A stretch of DNA of 64,000 nt from an uncultured bacterium. Lineage in GTDB: Bacteria > Desulfobacterota_D > UBA1144 > Nemesobacterales > UBA2774. Shown in pieces: positions 29,015 to 37,949 of the stretch. A program made the translations under genes and the position numbers. The stretch's first letter is position 1, and each line of letters opens with the position of its first letter. The notes beneath the pieces are model-generated. The model was not told where the DNA came from. It saw only the letters and a list, made by a program, of their open reading frames with translations, and ran no database searches. Location: the NCBI GenBank assembly GCA_963705505.1, contig CAVPJU010000006.1:480001-544000 (forward strand), given 5' to 3'.

Positions 29015-29719
29015 TCACCGGACGCCCTCTTTTAAAATGAGCTCTCCCAGCCTGAGGTCCTCGGGTGTCGTTATCTTGATGTTGTAGGGGGAGCCTTTCA
29101 CGAGCTTTACCTTTACTCCCGTACGCTCGACGAGGAGGGACTCGTCCGTGCCTATAAACCCGTCCTCTGATGCCTTCAAGAACGCATCCCTCAATACTTC
29201 ATAGCTGAAGGCCTGGGGAGTTTGAGCAAACCAGAGGGAGTCCCGCGGAACGGTATTTTCTATGAACTGAGCAGGGGATGATTTCTTGATCGTGTCGTTT
29301 GACGGGAGAGCCGCAATCGCGCCCCCGCACGCTGAGGCCTCTTTAATGACTTCTTCAAGCAGTCCGAGCGATATAAACGGACGCACACCATCGTGAACGA
29401 CGACTATATCGGGCTTTTCGGACAGGGAGCTGAATCCGGCCCGGACCGAGTCCTGCCTTTCCGCGCCCCCCGGTATTACTTTCGTTGCCTTGGGTATGCC
29501 GAGCTTTTCCACTATATCGCTTTTTGCGTAATCCACCCAGCTACCGGGCACGACGACTATTATCTCGCCTATGAGGTCCGACTTCGAGACCGCCTCGACG
29601 GAGTGTGCTAGTACGGGTTTTCCCAGAAGGGGCAGGAACTGCTTCGGAATTCCCTCCGCCCCGAACCTTTTTCCCAAACCGGCTGCCGCAATGACCGCCG
29701 ATGCGCGAATTTCAGCCAT
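29015..29719 (-). CDS. ispD: 2-C-methyl-D-erythritol 4-phosphate cytidylyltransferase
   Basis: AAAGLGKRF, PKQF, GGAERQDSV, VHDGVRP, QTPQ, NIKITTPED. Confidence 0.97.
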   Translation of the reverse strand: MAEIRASAVIAAAGLGKRFGAEGIPKQFLPLLGKPVLAHSVEAVSKSDLIGEIIVVVPGSWVDYAKSDIVEKLGIPKATKVIPGGAERQDSVRAGFSSLSEKPDIVVVHDGVRPFISLGLLEEVIKEASACGGAIAALPSNDTIKKSSPAQFIENTVPRDSLWFAQTPQAFSYEVLRDAFLKASEDGFIGTDESLLVERTGVKVKLVKGSPYNIKITTPEDLRLGELILKEGVR

Positions 29720-30725
29720 GAAGATCAGAAACCAGGCGTTTGCCGTCTTCGTCCTTGACCCTCGAGAATATCATTCTTCCCGTAGGGGTCTGGAGCACGC
29801 TCGTAACGGATACTTCGATCTCGTCTCCCAGATGCCTCTTGGCTTCATCGACGACCACCATCGTGCCGTCTTCTAAATACCCTACGCCCTGATTTTCTTC
29901 CTTCCCTTCCTTTACGACGTGGATCCACATGGTTTCGCCTGGAAGGACTACGGGTTTTAAGGCATTTGAAAGCTGGTTCAGGTTCATGACCTTCACGTTC
30001 TGGAGTCCGGCAACTTTATTGAGGTTAAAATCATTCGTGATAATAATTCCCTTGAGCCTCCTTGCGAGCTCTACGAGCTTCAGGTCAGCCTCTTTTATGT
30101 TGGGGAAATCATGGTTGGTGATTTTAACCGAGACGTTCGGTATGTCCTTCTGCATTCTTTTGAGGACGTCGAGCCCCCTCCGTCCCCGGACACGCTTGAT
30201 CGGTTCGGATGAATCGGCTATATGCTGAAGCTCCTTGATAATGAATTTGGGGATAATCATCGTCCCGGTGATAAAACCCGCCTCCGCGACGTCGGCTATC
30301 CTGCCGTCGATTATAACACTCGTATCGAGGATCTTCGTATCGCTCGCGGGTCTCGTTTGAACCCTTCTTACGGATTGCTCGGTTTCCCTTCCCTTCCTGT
30401 ATCCGATTGTGATTCCTATATGGAAAAGCATTAGGAAGAACGCCGCGGATATGTATGGTACTACTCCCGGAGGAAGCGCAAAGCCGGAAATTACATCCCT
30501 TACCGCAAAAAAGGAAAAAGAGGCGGCGGCGGCACCTATGGCAATACCGAGAAAGGATTTCGCGCTATAGTTTTTAATGTACCCTTCGAGTAAATGTACG
30601 ATACCTATAGTCAAAGCCCCTAAAAGGACACCTGCTGCGGACGATATAACTAAGTCATAATGCGAAAAGGCAATAAAGAAACCCGTTACAGCGCCGAGTA
30701 TAAAAAATAGAATCTTTAGTTTCAT
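29712..30725 (-). CDS. PIN/TRAM domain membrane protein (YacL-like)
   Basis: Four TM helices, KILDTSVIIDGRI, RGRRGLD, TNDFNLNKVA, GVGYLEDGTMVVV; start at MKLKIL after GAGGGAG; known synteny with ispDF. Confidence 0.93.
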   Translation of the reverse strand: MKLKILFFILGAVTGFFIAFSHYDLVISSAAGVLLGALTIGIVHLLEGYIKNYSAKSFLGIAIGAAAASFSFFAVRDVISGFALPPGVVPYISAAFFLMLFHIGITIGYRKGRETEQSVRRVQTRPASDTKILDTSVIIDGRIADVAEAGFITGTMIIPKFIIKELQHIADSSEPIKRVRGRRGLDVLKRMQKDIPNVSVKITNHDFPNIKEADLKLVELARRLKGIIITNDFNLNKVAGLQNVKVMNLNQLSNALKPVVLPGETMWIHVVKEGKEENQGVGYLEDGTMVVVDEAKRHLGDEIEVSVTSVLQTPTGRMIFSRVKDEDGKRLVSDLHG

Positions 30726-30934
30726 TTCTCCCTCACCACAATCCCTACCCCCTTGCATGGATTCAGTCAAGACTAAGTATAAGTAATCGTTTAAGTTTTT
30801 ACAAGCTCGTGAAATATCGCTTCGATTAAGGCATGAAAAACTATGTATTTCCGTCTTAAATCCGGGCTCGGCTTCGATTACTTTCTTCGGAATCAGCAAG
30901 ATCGGCAGAGATTGTTATTTTTATTATTAAATTA

Positions 30935-31477
30935 TCAGGACTTACCGCTATTAACGGTGTCGATCACTTTAACAACTTCATCAACAACTCTTAAGTACTT
31001 GCTCCTTCCTGTGCCGGGGGATTTCGCCCTGCCGTCTATACCCACATCGGCAAGGATTTCCCCGGTAGTTTTATCGACCAATGTAACCCTGACCTGAACG
31101 GACATCTTCCCCTTGTCGTCGATACCCTGAAATATATATTCACAGTATTTACAGCCGCGTTTATAGCCGCTGACCATTCCATCGACGACCAGGACCCTTT
31201 CATTTGCCGGGCCCTCAAACTTGTCCGAACGGCTTATAACCTTGAACTTATTCTGCGTTCTCAGCGTCTCTGCCACCATATCGGCAATTTCCGTCCCGGA
31301 ATCGTAAGGCACCCATTCCAGGTCTGTTTTTCTAAAGTCCGGTATCAGGATAACTTCGTAATTCGAATACGCGGCCTCAGGCGCTTTGAAAACATTTACA
31401 TTGGTCGGGCCATTTGTACACCCGAATAATAAGAGGAAATTTAGGATTACGCATATATGTAAATATTTTGCTACCAT
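30935..31477 (-). CDS. Lipoprotein, DUF4410-like
   Basis: Lipobox LLFGC; alpha/beta domain with VQVRVTLVDKTTGE. Confidence 0.65.
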   Translation of the reverse strand: MVAKYLHICVILNFLLLFGCTNGPTNVNVFKAPEAAYSNYEVILIPDFRKTDLEWVPYDSGTEIADMVAETLRTQNKFKVISRSDKFEGPANERVLVVDGMVSGYKRGCKYCEYIFQGIDDKGKMSVQVRVTLVDKTTGEILADVGIDGRAKSPGTGRSKYLRVVDEVVKVIDTVNSGKS

Positions 31478-31669
31478 TACGTTCCTCCGATTTTCGTGGG
31501 TTATATTGTATACGATATTGCGATTTGTTAAAGTGCCGGTTTTTGTGACTGCTAAATCCGCTCTTCCCGGTTCAGACGTAGTTCCTTAATAGAATCCCCG
31601 ACATAAAATCGGATGCGCAATCAACATGCCGGTCGAGGGCTTCTATCTCAATAGCGCGGAGGGGTTATA

Positions 31670-32875
31670 ATGCAGAAAGCGGTTACTTTCGAGGCGGTGC
31701 TTGAAGGGCTCGATTATGATGAGCCGGATTCGGCGGAAGAAGCGGTTCGGGTCGATGACCCGGAGCACAATTACTTCGACAGCGATAGCGAGCCGGAAAG
31801 GGTGTCGCCCGGGGGCGGCTCCGGACAGGGGCCCCGTGACCTCAACCAGGAGCTGAGGCTCGTGAATGCGTACTTCAAGGAAGTCGGGACAGAGGCTTTA
31901 TTGACGCATAAAGAGGAAATTCAGATAGCCGCCAAAATGAAGGAATGCGGGGCGCAATCGCTTCGTATAAAGAAAGCAATTAGCCGGATACTCGGGAGAA
32001 AGCTCGCCGCCGACAGGGAAAAATGCATAAACGAGCTGAGGACTCTATTAGAAGAGTGCGACCGTAAGCCCGGAATAAAGAGGGGCGAGAGGGACCTTCT
32101 CAGAAGACTCGTTTTGCTCCTCGAAGCGTATATAAAGGCCGAAGCCCGTATAAAAAACCGCTTTATAAAAGCCAACCTGAGACTCGTCGCGAGCCTGGCT
32201 AAGAAATATGTCGGCAGGGGCATCCCCTTTCTCGATTTAATACAGGAAGGGAACATGGGTCTTATAAAAGCAGTTGAAAGGTTCGATCATACGAGAGGCT
32301 ACAGATTTTCGACCTACGCCTGCTGGTGGATTAATCAGGCGATGATAAGGGGTATCTTCAACCAGACGAGGACTGTGAAGATACCCGCCTACGTTCTGGA
32401 GAAGGCGGGGAAGGTCTGGACGGAGCGCGCGAGGTTCGTGGAGGAGAGTGGAAGGGAGCCTTATCCTCACGAGATCGCGGGTACGGTCGATATGAGCGTT
32501 GAGAACGTAAGGCAGATCCTTGAATCCGGAAACGGGGCAAATATGGTGAGGCTCGATTCTCCGGTCTGGGCCGGGGAAAGAGCTACTTATATGGATTATA
32601 TCCCCGATGCGGATAGCATGCCTGTGGATTCATTGATCGCCGAGGTCTCGATCCCCGAAAGCGTCGGGCAGGCATTGGATATGCTGGATATGAGGGAAAG
32701 GGAGATTGTAAGGATGAGGTTCGGGATCGGATACCAGAGCTCGTTCACACTCGACGAGATAGGGAAGAGGTTCAACCTCACGAGGGAGAGAATAAGGCAG
32801 ATTGAAAAGAAGGCCCTTTCGACCATAAGGCATTCCGAGTCCGCTCCTGCGCTCAAGAGCCTGATCGAACATTGA
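31670..32875 (+). CDS. Alternative sigma70-family factor (RpoD/RpoS-like, no region 1.1)
   Basis: ANLRLVASLAKKY, DLIQEGNMGLIKAVERFD, FSTYACWWI, TLDEIG..LTRERIRQIE. Confidence 0.93.
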   Translation: MQKAVTFEAVLEGLDYDEPDSAEEAVRVDDPEHNYFDSDSEPERVSPGGGSGQGPRDLNQELRLVNAYFKEVGTEALLTHKEEIQIAAKMKECGAQSLRIKKAISRILGRKLAADREKCINELRTLLEECDRKPGIKRGERDLLRRLVLLLEAYIKAEARIKNRFIKANLRLVASLAKKYVGRGIPFLDLIQEGNMGLIKAVERFDHTRGYRFSTYACWWINQAMIRGIFNQTRTVKIPAYVLEKAGKVWTERARFVEESGREPYPHEIAGTVDMSVENVRQILESGNGANMVRLDSPVWAGERATYMDYIPDADSMPVDSLIAEVSIPESVGQALDMLDMREREIVRMRFGIGYQSSFTLDEIGKRFNLTRERIRQIEKKALSTIRHSESAPALKSLIEH

Positions 32876-33055
32876 TGATCGCCCGATATTAGTTGACCAA
32901 AATCAATCGGCCGGAGCTCAATCCGCATATTCCGGCTCCGGGCGGTCAATTTGATCCTTTCTACCAAAATCGGATAATATGTTGGGATAACCGGGTATTA
33001 CGTGATTTTTATCGTCGTTGCCGGTTACTTTCGCTCGTAATTTTATTAAAACCTC

Positions 33056-33099
33056 TTGACAATATCGTTTGGGGCGTTAATATTTTACCAACTGGTCAA
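33056..33099 (+). promoter_or_regulatory. sigma70 promoter with overlapping TetR-type operator
   Basis: TTGACA-N16-TAATAT followed by the imperfect palindrome TTTACCAACTGGTCAA (33084-33099), similar to the E. coli NemR box TAGACCGACTGGTCTA. Confidence 0.65.
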
Positions 33100-33118
33100 C
33101 TAATAGGTGATGTGATAA

Positions 33119-33748
33119 ATGGGACGTACGAGTGACACAAAAGAAAATCTCATAAACAGCGCAATAGAGCTCATCGGGAATCGCAGCTATAACGCCGTCG
33201 GGGTTCAGGAGCTTTGCGAGCACGCGGGCGTCAAGAAGGGGAGCTTCTATCATTTCTTCCCTTCGAAACGAGATCTCACATTGGAAGCGCTGGACCTGAT
33301 ATGGAAGAAATTCAAAGAAGAGACTCTCGACCCCGTTTTTAATTCCGATGCATCGGCACTCGAGAAGTTTGAGACACTGCTCAGGAGGTCTTATGAATAC
33401 CAGTCCGGCAGAAAAGACTGCGTCGGATGCATGACCGGCTGCGGGTTCGGGAATCTGGCCCTGGAATTGAGCACACAGGATGAAGCGATAAGGAAGAAAA
33501 TCGAGGAGATATTCTGCGAATGGACCAGGTATTTAGAGGGAGTAATCGTTCAAGCCGTCAATGAGGGGGTCTTGCCCCCTGAAACGGACCCCCCGGCCAC
33601 ATCCCAGGCAATGGTTGCCTATATCGAAGGGGTGTTCTTATTGGGTAAGACTTTTAACGACCCGTGCATGATAAACCGGCTTGGCGAGGGGGTATTGCAG
33701 CTGTGTATAGCAAAAAAAGAGACGGCTGATACATGTTCTGCAAATTAG
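33119..33748 (+). CDS. TetR family regulator, NemR/ComR-like, Cys-rich
   Basis: HTH ELCEHAGVKKGSFYHFFPSKRDL; GCGFGNLALELS motif. Confidence 0.92.
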   Translation: MGRTSDTKENLINSAIELIGNRSYNAVGVQELCEHAGVKKGSFYHFFPSKRDLTLEALDLIWKKFKEETLDPVFNSDASALEKFETLLRRSYEYQSGRKDCVGCMTGCGFGNLALELSTQDEAIRKKIEEIFCEWTRYLEGVIVQAVNEGVLPPETDPPATSQAMVAYIEGVFLLGKTFNDPCMINRLGEGVLQLCIAKKETADTCSAN

Positions 33749-33821
33749 GGGGTCTTTAATATATTTTTGTTTAATCGTAAATAGACCGGTCAACTATACT
33801 TTTAGTCAGGAGGTATCAATT

Positions 33822-34511
33822 ATGAAAACCGCTGGATTAGTTGATGAAAGGATGCTCTCGGTGTTAAGTCCGGCGAAAAACGCCCGATCGGGGGTTAAAC
33901 ATGAGATAAACAGCCTGTTCGATGAAGAGCTTGTGGGCATGTTCGTAAACGGCAGGGACGAGGACGCATTTAACGAACTTGTAAACAGGTACAGCGACAA
34001 GGTTTACAGGCTTGCTTACAGGATCACGAATAACCAGAATGACGCGGAGGAGGTCCTTCAGGAGGTGTTCCTGATCCTTATAGAAAAGCTCTCCACGTTC
34101 AGAAAGGAGTCCAGGTTCTCGACATGGCTTTACAGGGTTGCCTCGAACGCGAGCTTCATGTATCTGAGAAACCAGAAGAGGAGCAGGGAGAAGGAGACGA
34201 GTCTCGACGACTATAAGCCTTATAACGATTACGGTGTGCTCGAAGGGGTCGAGGAGAGGGATTGGAGCGGCAGGCCCGATTCGCAGCTCCTGAGCGCGGA
34301 AGGGACGCAGTTGATAGAAAAAGCGATAAGCGAGCTGCCCGAGGAATACAGAGTCGTTTTTCACATGAAGGATATAGAGCGTCTTACGAGTAAAGAGATC
34401 GCAGAGGCATTGGGGCTTTCGATTCCCGCGGTTAAATCGAGGGTGCTGAGGTCAAGGCTCTTTTTGAGGGATAAGCTGTCTGAGTATTATTCCGAGCTCG
34501 GTAACGGGTGA
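33822..34511 (+). CDS. ECF sigma factor (RpoE-like)
   Basis: DAEEVLQEVF, FSTWLYRVASN, LPEEYRVVF, EIAEALG...VKSRVLRSR. Confidence 0.93.
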   Translation: MKTAGLVDERMLSVLSPAKNARSGVKHEINSLFDEELVGMFVNGRDEDAFNELVNRYSDKVYRLAYRITNNQNDAEEVLQEVFLILIEKLSTFRKESRFSTWLYRVASNASFMYLRNQKRSREKETSLDDYKPYNDYGVLEGVEERDWSGRPDSQLLSAEGTQLIEKAISELPEEYRVVFHMKDIERLTSKEIAEALGLSIPAVKSRVLRSRLFLRDKLSEYYSELGNG

Positions 34512-34512
34512 A

Positions 34513-34833
34513 TTATTCCCGCACTGCGTCGACGAGTATGGACTCCAATTCCCCGCTTTGGTCCATTTCGACGCATATATCGCAGCCGCCTACGAATTTC
34601 CCGCCGACATAGAGCTGGGGGATAGTGGGCCAGCTCGAGTACTCTTTGATCCCCTGCCTGATCTCGGGGTCCGCAAGCACGTCCACAGTCTCGTAATCGA
34701 CGCCGTAAGAGTTCAATATCTGCACGACTTTTGCGGAAAACCCGCACTGCGGCATTTCCTTGTTCCCTTTCATGTATAAGACTACTTTGTTCTTGGCGAT
34801 CTGCGATTCTATTTTCTTCATTGTGTCTTCCAT
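34513..34833 (-). CDS. grxD: Monothiol glutaredoxin (Grx4)
   Basis: [14 protein letters not shown] and GGCDI motifs. Confidence 0.96.
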   Translation of the reverse strand: MEDTMKKIESQIAKNKVVLYMKGNKEMPQCGFSAKVVQILNSYGVDYETVDVLADPEIRQGIKEYSSWPTIPQLYVGGKFVGGCDICVEMDQSGELESILVDAVRE

Positions 34834-34904
34834 TTATTCTGTCTCCCTATTCAGATGCAAAAAAATACGATTCCGCGAGCCTTCGTCCGGTCCGCCTTCC
34901 GGGA

Positions 34905-35141
34905 CTATTTAATCTTTTCCCACTGCTCGGGCGTAAAGGTTTTAAGAGAAAGAGCATGAATCCTCTCTTTCATGGCTTCACCTAACACCCCGTATACTAA
35001 CTTATGACGCTCGAGGAGCGTCTTTCCGATAAAGGTGTCGGAGACGATTACGGCTTCGAAGTGTGTGCCGTCGCCGTCTACCTCGACCGATGCCCCCGGC
35101 ATTCCTGTTTCTATTATTGCTTTGATTTCGTCGGGTTCCAT
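34905..35141 (-). CDS. BolA/IbaG family protein
   Basis: GDGTHFEAVIVS, RHKLVY, IHALSLKTFTP; adjacent to grxD. Confidence 0.95.
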   Translation of the reverse strand: MEPDEIKAIIETGMPGASVEVDGDGTHFEAVIVSDTFIGKTLLERHKLVYGVLGEAMKERIHALSLKTFTPEQWEKIK

Positions 35142-35234
35142 TACGGTTAGTATAAATGTTTTTAGGCCCCTTTCAAGAAACGGGAGCGGCAGGGGGCTAT
35201 TGAAACGGGGGGTATATAAACCTATAATTCGAGC

Positions 35235-35444
35235 ATGAGCTTGAGGACCGTTATCACGATAATCGTACTTATACTGCTCGTCTTCGGGGTATCGAAATTT
35301 TTAGGGTATCTCGGGGAAAAGCATGATCCGTCAAATTCTTATCTGGGAGAGATGGTTCATACGACAAAAAAAGTCAGGCAGATGAAGGAAGAGAGGTCTG
35401 AGCTCATAAAGAAGCAGGAAAAAACCCTCCTCGATCAGGAATAA
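35235..35444 (+). CDS. Small membrane-anchored hypothetical protein
   Basis: 69 aa, N-terminal TM, charged helical tail; TATAAT just upstream. Confidence 0.6.
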   Translation: MSLRTVITIIVLILLVFGVSKFLGYLGEKHDPSNSYLGEMVHTTKKVRQMKEERSELIKKQEKTLLDQE

Positions 35445-35520
35445 ACACCGGTCGTACGATACCTTTCCTTCGCCCGCGCTATATCGATTAATCAGCACGG
35501 ATAATATATAGTTTGGAGGG

Positions 35521-35922
35521 ATGCCCCGGCTTGAGAAAGTCGAAGCGTCGAATCGAGCGATGAGCAAGTACGGAGTAAGCCCGGGGAAGGAAAGAGCCCT
35601 CGTCGAGAAGATGACGGAACTCGGAATTCATGAAGATGACCTCGAGGAGACGTTCGTAAGGTCGGGGGGACCCGGCGGGCAGAATGTCAATAAGGTTTCT
35701 ACGTGTGTTCGATTGAAGCATATTCCAACGGGTATCATCGTCAGAGCGGAAAAAGACCGTTCTCAGGGGCTCAACCGCTTTCTTGCGCGGAGGATACTGG
35801 TATCGAGGATCGAGGAGAGGCTATACGGCAAGGCGTCCACGGAGGAGCTCAGGAGGGAGAAGATAAGAAAACAGAAAAAGCGGAGGGAGAGGAGGGCAAA
35901 AGCCAAATCAGCGCCGGAGTAA
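35521..35922 (+). CDS. arfB: Peptide-chain-release-factor-like ribosome rescue protein (ArfB/YaeJ type)
   Basis: [23 protein letters not shown] and a basic C-terminal tail; start 35521 or 35560. Confidence 0.82.
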   Translation: MPRLEKVEASNRAMSKYGVSPGKERALVEKMTELGIHEDDLEETFVRSGGPGGQNVNKVSTCVRLKHIPTGIIVRAEKDRSQGLNRFLARRILVSRIEERLYGKASTEELRREKIRKQKKRRERRAKAKSAPE

Positions 35923-35955
35923 ATACGTTCCTTCGCTCCGGCGAATCATGACCGT

Positions 35956-37473
35956 TTAATTTTTCACCTTGTAAAATTTGTAACCGTCGATCTCCTTCTC
36001 GAATACGTAATTTTCGTCTATAAACTTATCGAGATAATCGAAGTGGTTGATTTCTTCCTTGTGTTTCCCGTCATAAAAAACTACGTATTCAGGTTTGTTG
36101 TTGGTTAATTCCTGTGGGACGGAGTCTTTAAGATTTAAAATTTCCTGCATAATTGCCTGATGCTTCGGCCACCAGAAGTGTTTTATCGGCGCCCTTCTGT
36201 CAGCGAGGAAATAGATAATGGGCTGACCGCCGATCAATAAAACAGTATCGTCTTTAGATGTATTATTCTTTATATATTCGGCGACTTCATAGGAAGCGCC
36301 TGATTCAAACCACTCTTCATCCGTGCTCTTCATGTCTTTGACGGCCTGCGTTACCGGTGACTGGATCATGAACGCAACAAAAATAACGATAATGAATGCT
36401 TCTACGTATCTCCGGTTTAATCCGAGCTTCGATATACCGAGAGCGATCAAGAGCGAATAGGGTAAGCTCATCTGGAGGTAGTAATGGGGGTACATACGCC
36501 TGCCCCACAATACGCCGACGAAGGACAAGACCGCCAGAGCTATAAGGAATAAAAGTTTATCTTTTTCCTCTTTCCCGAATTTCTTTCTAACGAGAAATAT
36601 GAGAATCAATATCGTGAACGCGATAGCCAGCAGGGTAATCAGGTCGTGATTCACGAGAATTGTGCCGTAAAGAAAATAGTACAGGTAAAAGAGAACATCT
36701 TTGACTGGAACTATGCTTGTGTATTTGTTGTTGACGACAAAATATGTGTAATAGAAATCGTGAATAGCGCCGTGAATCCCGAAGTAAAGGGTGAGAGCTA
36801 TAATCACGGCAAAGAAACCCAGGGAGAAACAGATCGTCTCTTTGATAAACGATTTAATATCGAACGAGCCGGGCTTCAGATTTCTATAGATTATGAATAA
36901 CGGGACGACCATGATTGAAAATACGGCCGTGGCTTTCATAAAAAAAGCGGCCGCAGAAAGGATTCCGCTTAACACCAGCATCAGCGCGCCGCCTTTATCT
37001 TCATAATTTAGAAAACATAAAATGGCCAGAATTACAGGCAGCATCATAAAGAGCTCGCCGTTTGAGGCATACCCCCCGAATACAGGCGTAATGAAAAACA
37101 AACCGTAGATTAAAGGCGGTATGAGGGTGGTAAAACCGCGAAAAAACTTTCTGGCCAGTAAATAGACGAAAAACACGGACAGCAGTAAATACAGTGTGGT
37201 ATAAATCCGGAGAGCGGGAATGCTGTCGTCGAAAAGAAGGATTACGGGTACGAATATAAAGAATAGTAACGGTCCCTTGGTATCCCAGGAAGTCTGATAC
37301 GGCACACCGCCGTGAACTATATCCTGGGCTATCTTAAAATAAACCGACTCGTCCCAGTCTATCACTAATATGTGAATGATTGTCAGCCTGAGTGCGAAAA
37401 TAATAAGCAGAATGAAAAATAACCAGACATATTCACGGGTTATCGAGTTATCTGCCTGCAATTTGTTGAGCAT
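35956..37473 (-). CDS. GT-C fold glycosyltransferase (ArnT/PMT, GT39/83-like)
   Basis: DWDESVY after TM1, PY...WDTKGP, NGELF, YPHYY, many TM helices. Confidence 0.85.
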   Translation of the reverse strand: MLNKLQADNSITREYVWLFFILLIIFALRLTIIHILVIDWDESVYFKIAQDIVHGGVPYQTSWDTKGPLLFFIFVPVILLFDDSIPALRIYTTLYLLLSVFFVYLLARKFFRGFTTLIPPLIYGLFFITPVFGGYASNGELFMMLPVILAILCFLNYEDKGGALMLVLSGILSAAAFFMKATAVFSIMVVPLFIIYRNLKPGSFDIKSFIKETICFSLGFFAVIIALTLYFGIHGAIHDFYYTYFVVNNKYTSIVPVKDVLFYLYYFLYGTILVNHDLITLLAIAFTILILIFLVRKKFGKEEKDKLLFLIALAVLSFVGVLWGRRMYPHYYLQMSLPYSLLIALGISKLGLNRRYVEAFIIVIFVAFMIQSPVTQAVKDMKSTDEEWFESGASYEVAEYIKNNTSKDDTVLLIGGQPIIYFLADRRAPIKHFWWPKHQAIMQEILNLKDSVPQELTNNKPEYVVFYDGKHKEEINHFDYLDKFIDENYVFEKEIDGYKFYKVKN

Positions 37474-37857
37474 GAGTTTCCGGGTTCGTATTATTCGTTC
37501 GAAGCCTATTCATCATACACCTTATACTCATTAGTGGGAAATCCTCGGCTTTTTATCCCATCAGATTGTTTAATGCTCTCCCGGTTGAAATGTAAGCTAT
37601 TTTACGTTCGCCGGGAGCCTGCCGGGCACCAGACTATATTAATATAGGAGTCGATATTTTTGAAGTCCTATAATCGGTTTATTAAAAAATTCGGATTTCC
37701 GTCATCGAGAACCGATCTGACAGCAAACAGACGCGCTTACGTGCCGGGGCGGACTAGTTGAATAGATATATCGGCTCCGGCGTGCCCAATTAACCGATCA
37801 TACCCCTTACCGGCGCACGGTCAGAGATTCGCGGTTATAATTATCATATTAATTTTT

Positions 37858-37887
37858 TTGACAATTTACTCTTGTAGGCTTTAAAAT
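37858..37887 (+). promoter_or_regulatory. sigma70 promoter of the giant G8 gene
   Basis: TTGACA-N18-TAAAAT; SD AAGGAGG at ~37933. Confidence 0.6.
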
Positions 37888-37949
37888 TAGTTTCTGTAAA
37901 GGGTTCCTGAGCCACCTGACAGAGCTCTAATGAAGGAGGATATTCAACC

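Noticed and set aside
30726..30899. N-terminal extension of the PIN/TRAM protein
   Set aside because: A good SD precedes ATG 30725 and the extension lacks family-like sequence
31615..31632. Third sigma54 promoter (minus-strand CGGCATGTTGATTGC)
   Set aside because: GG-N10-GC spacing fits, but the TGGCAC match is weaker, it is far from the next start, and no paired enhancer sites are seen
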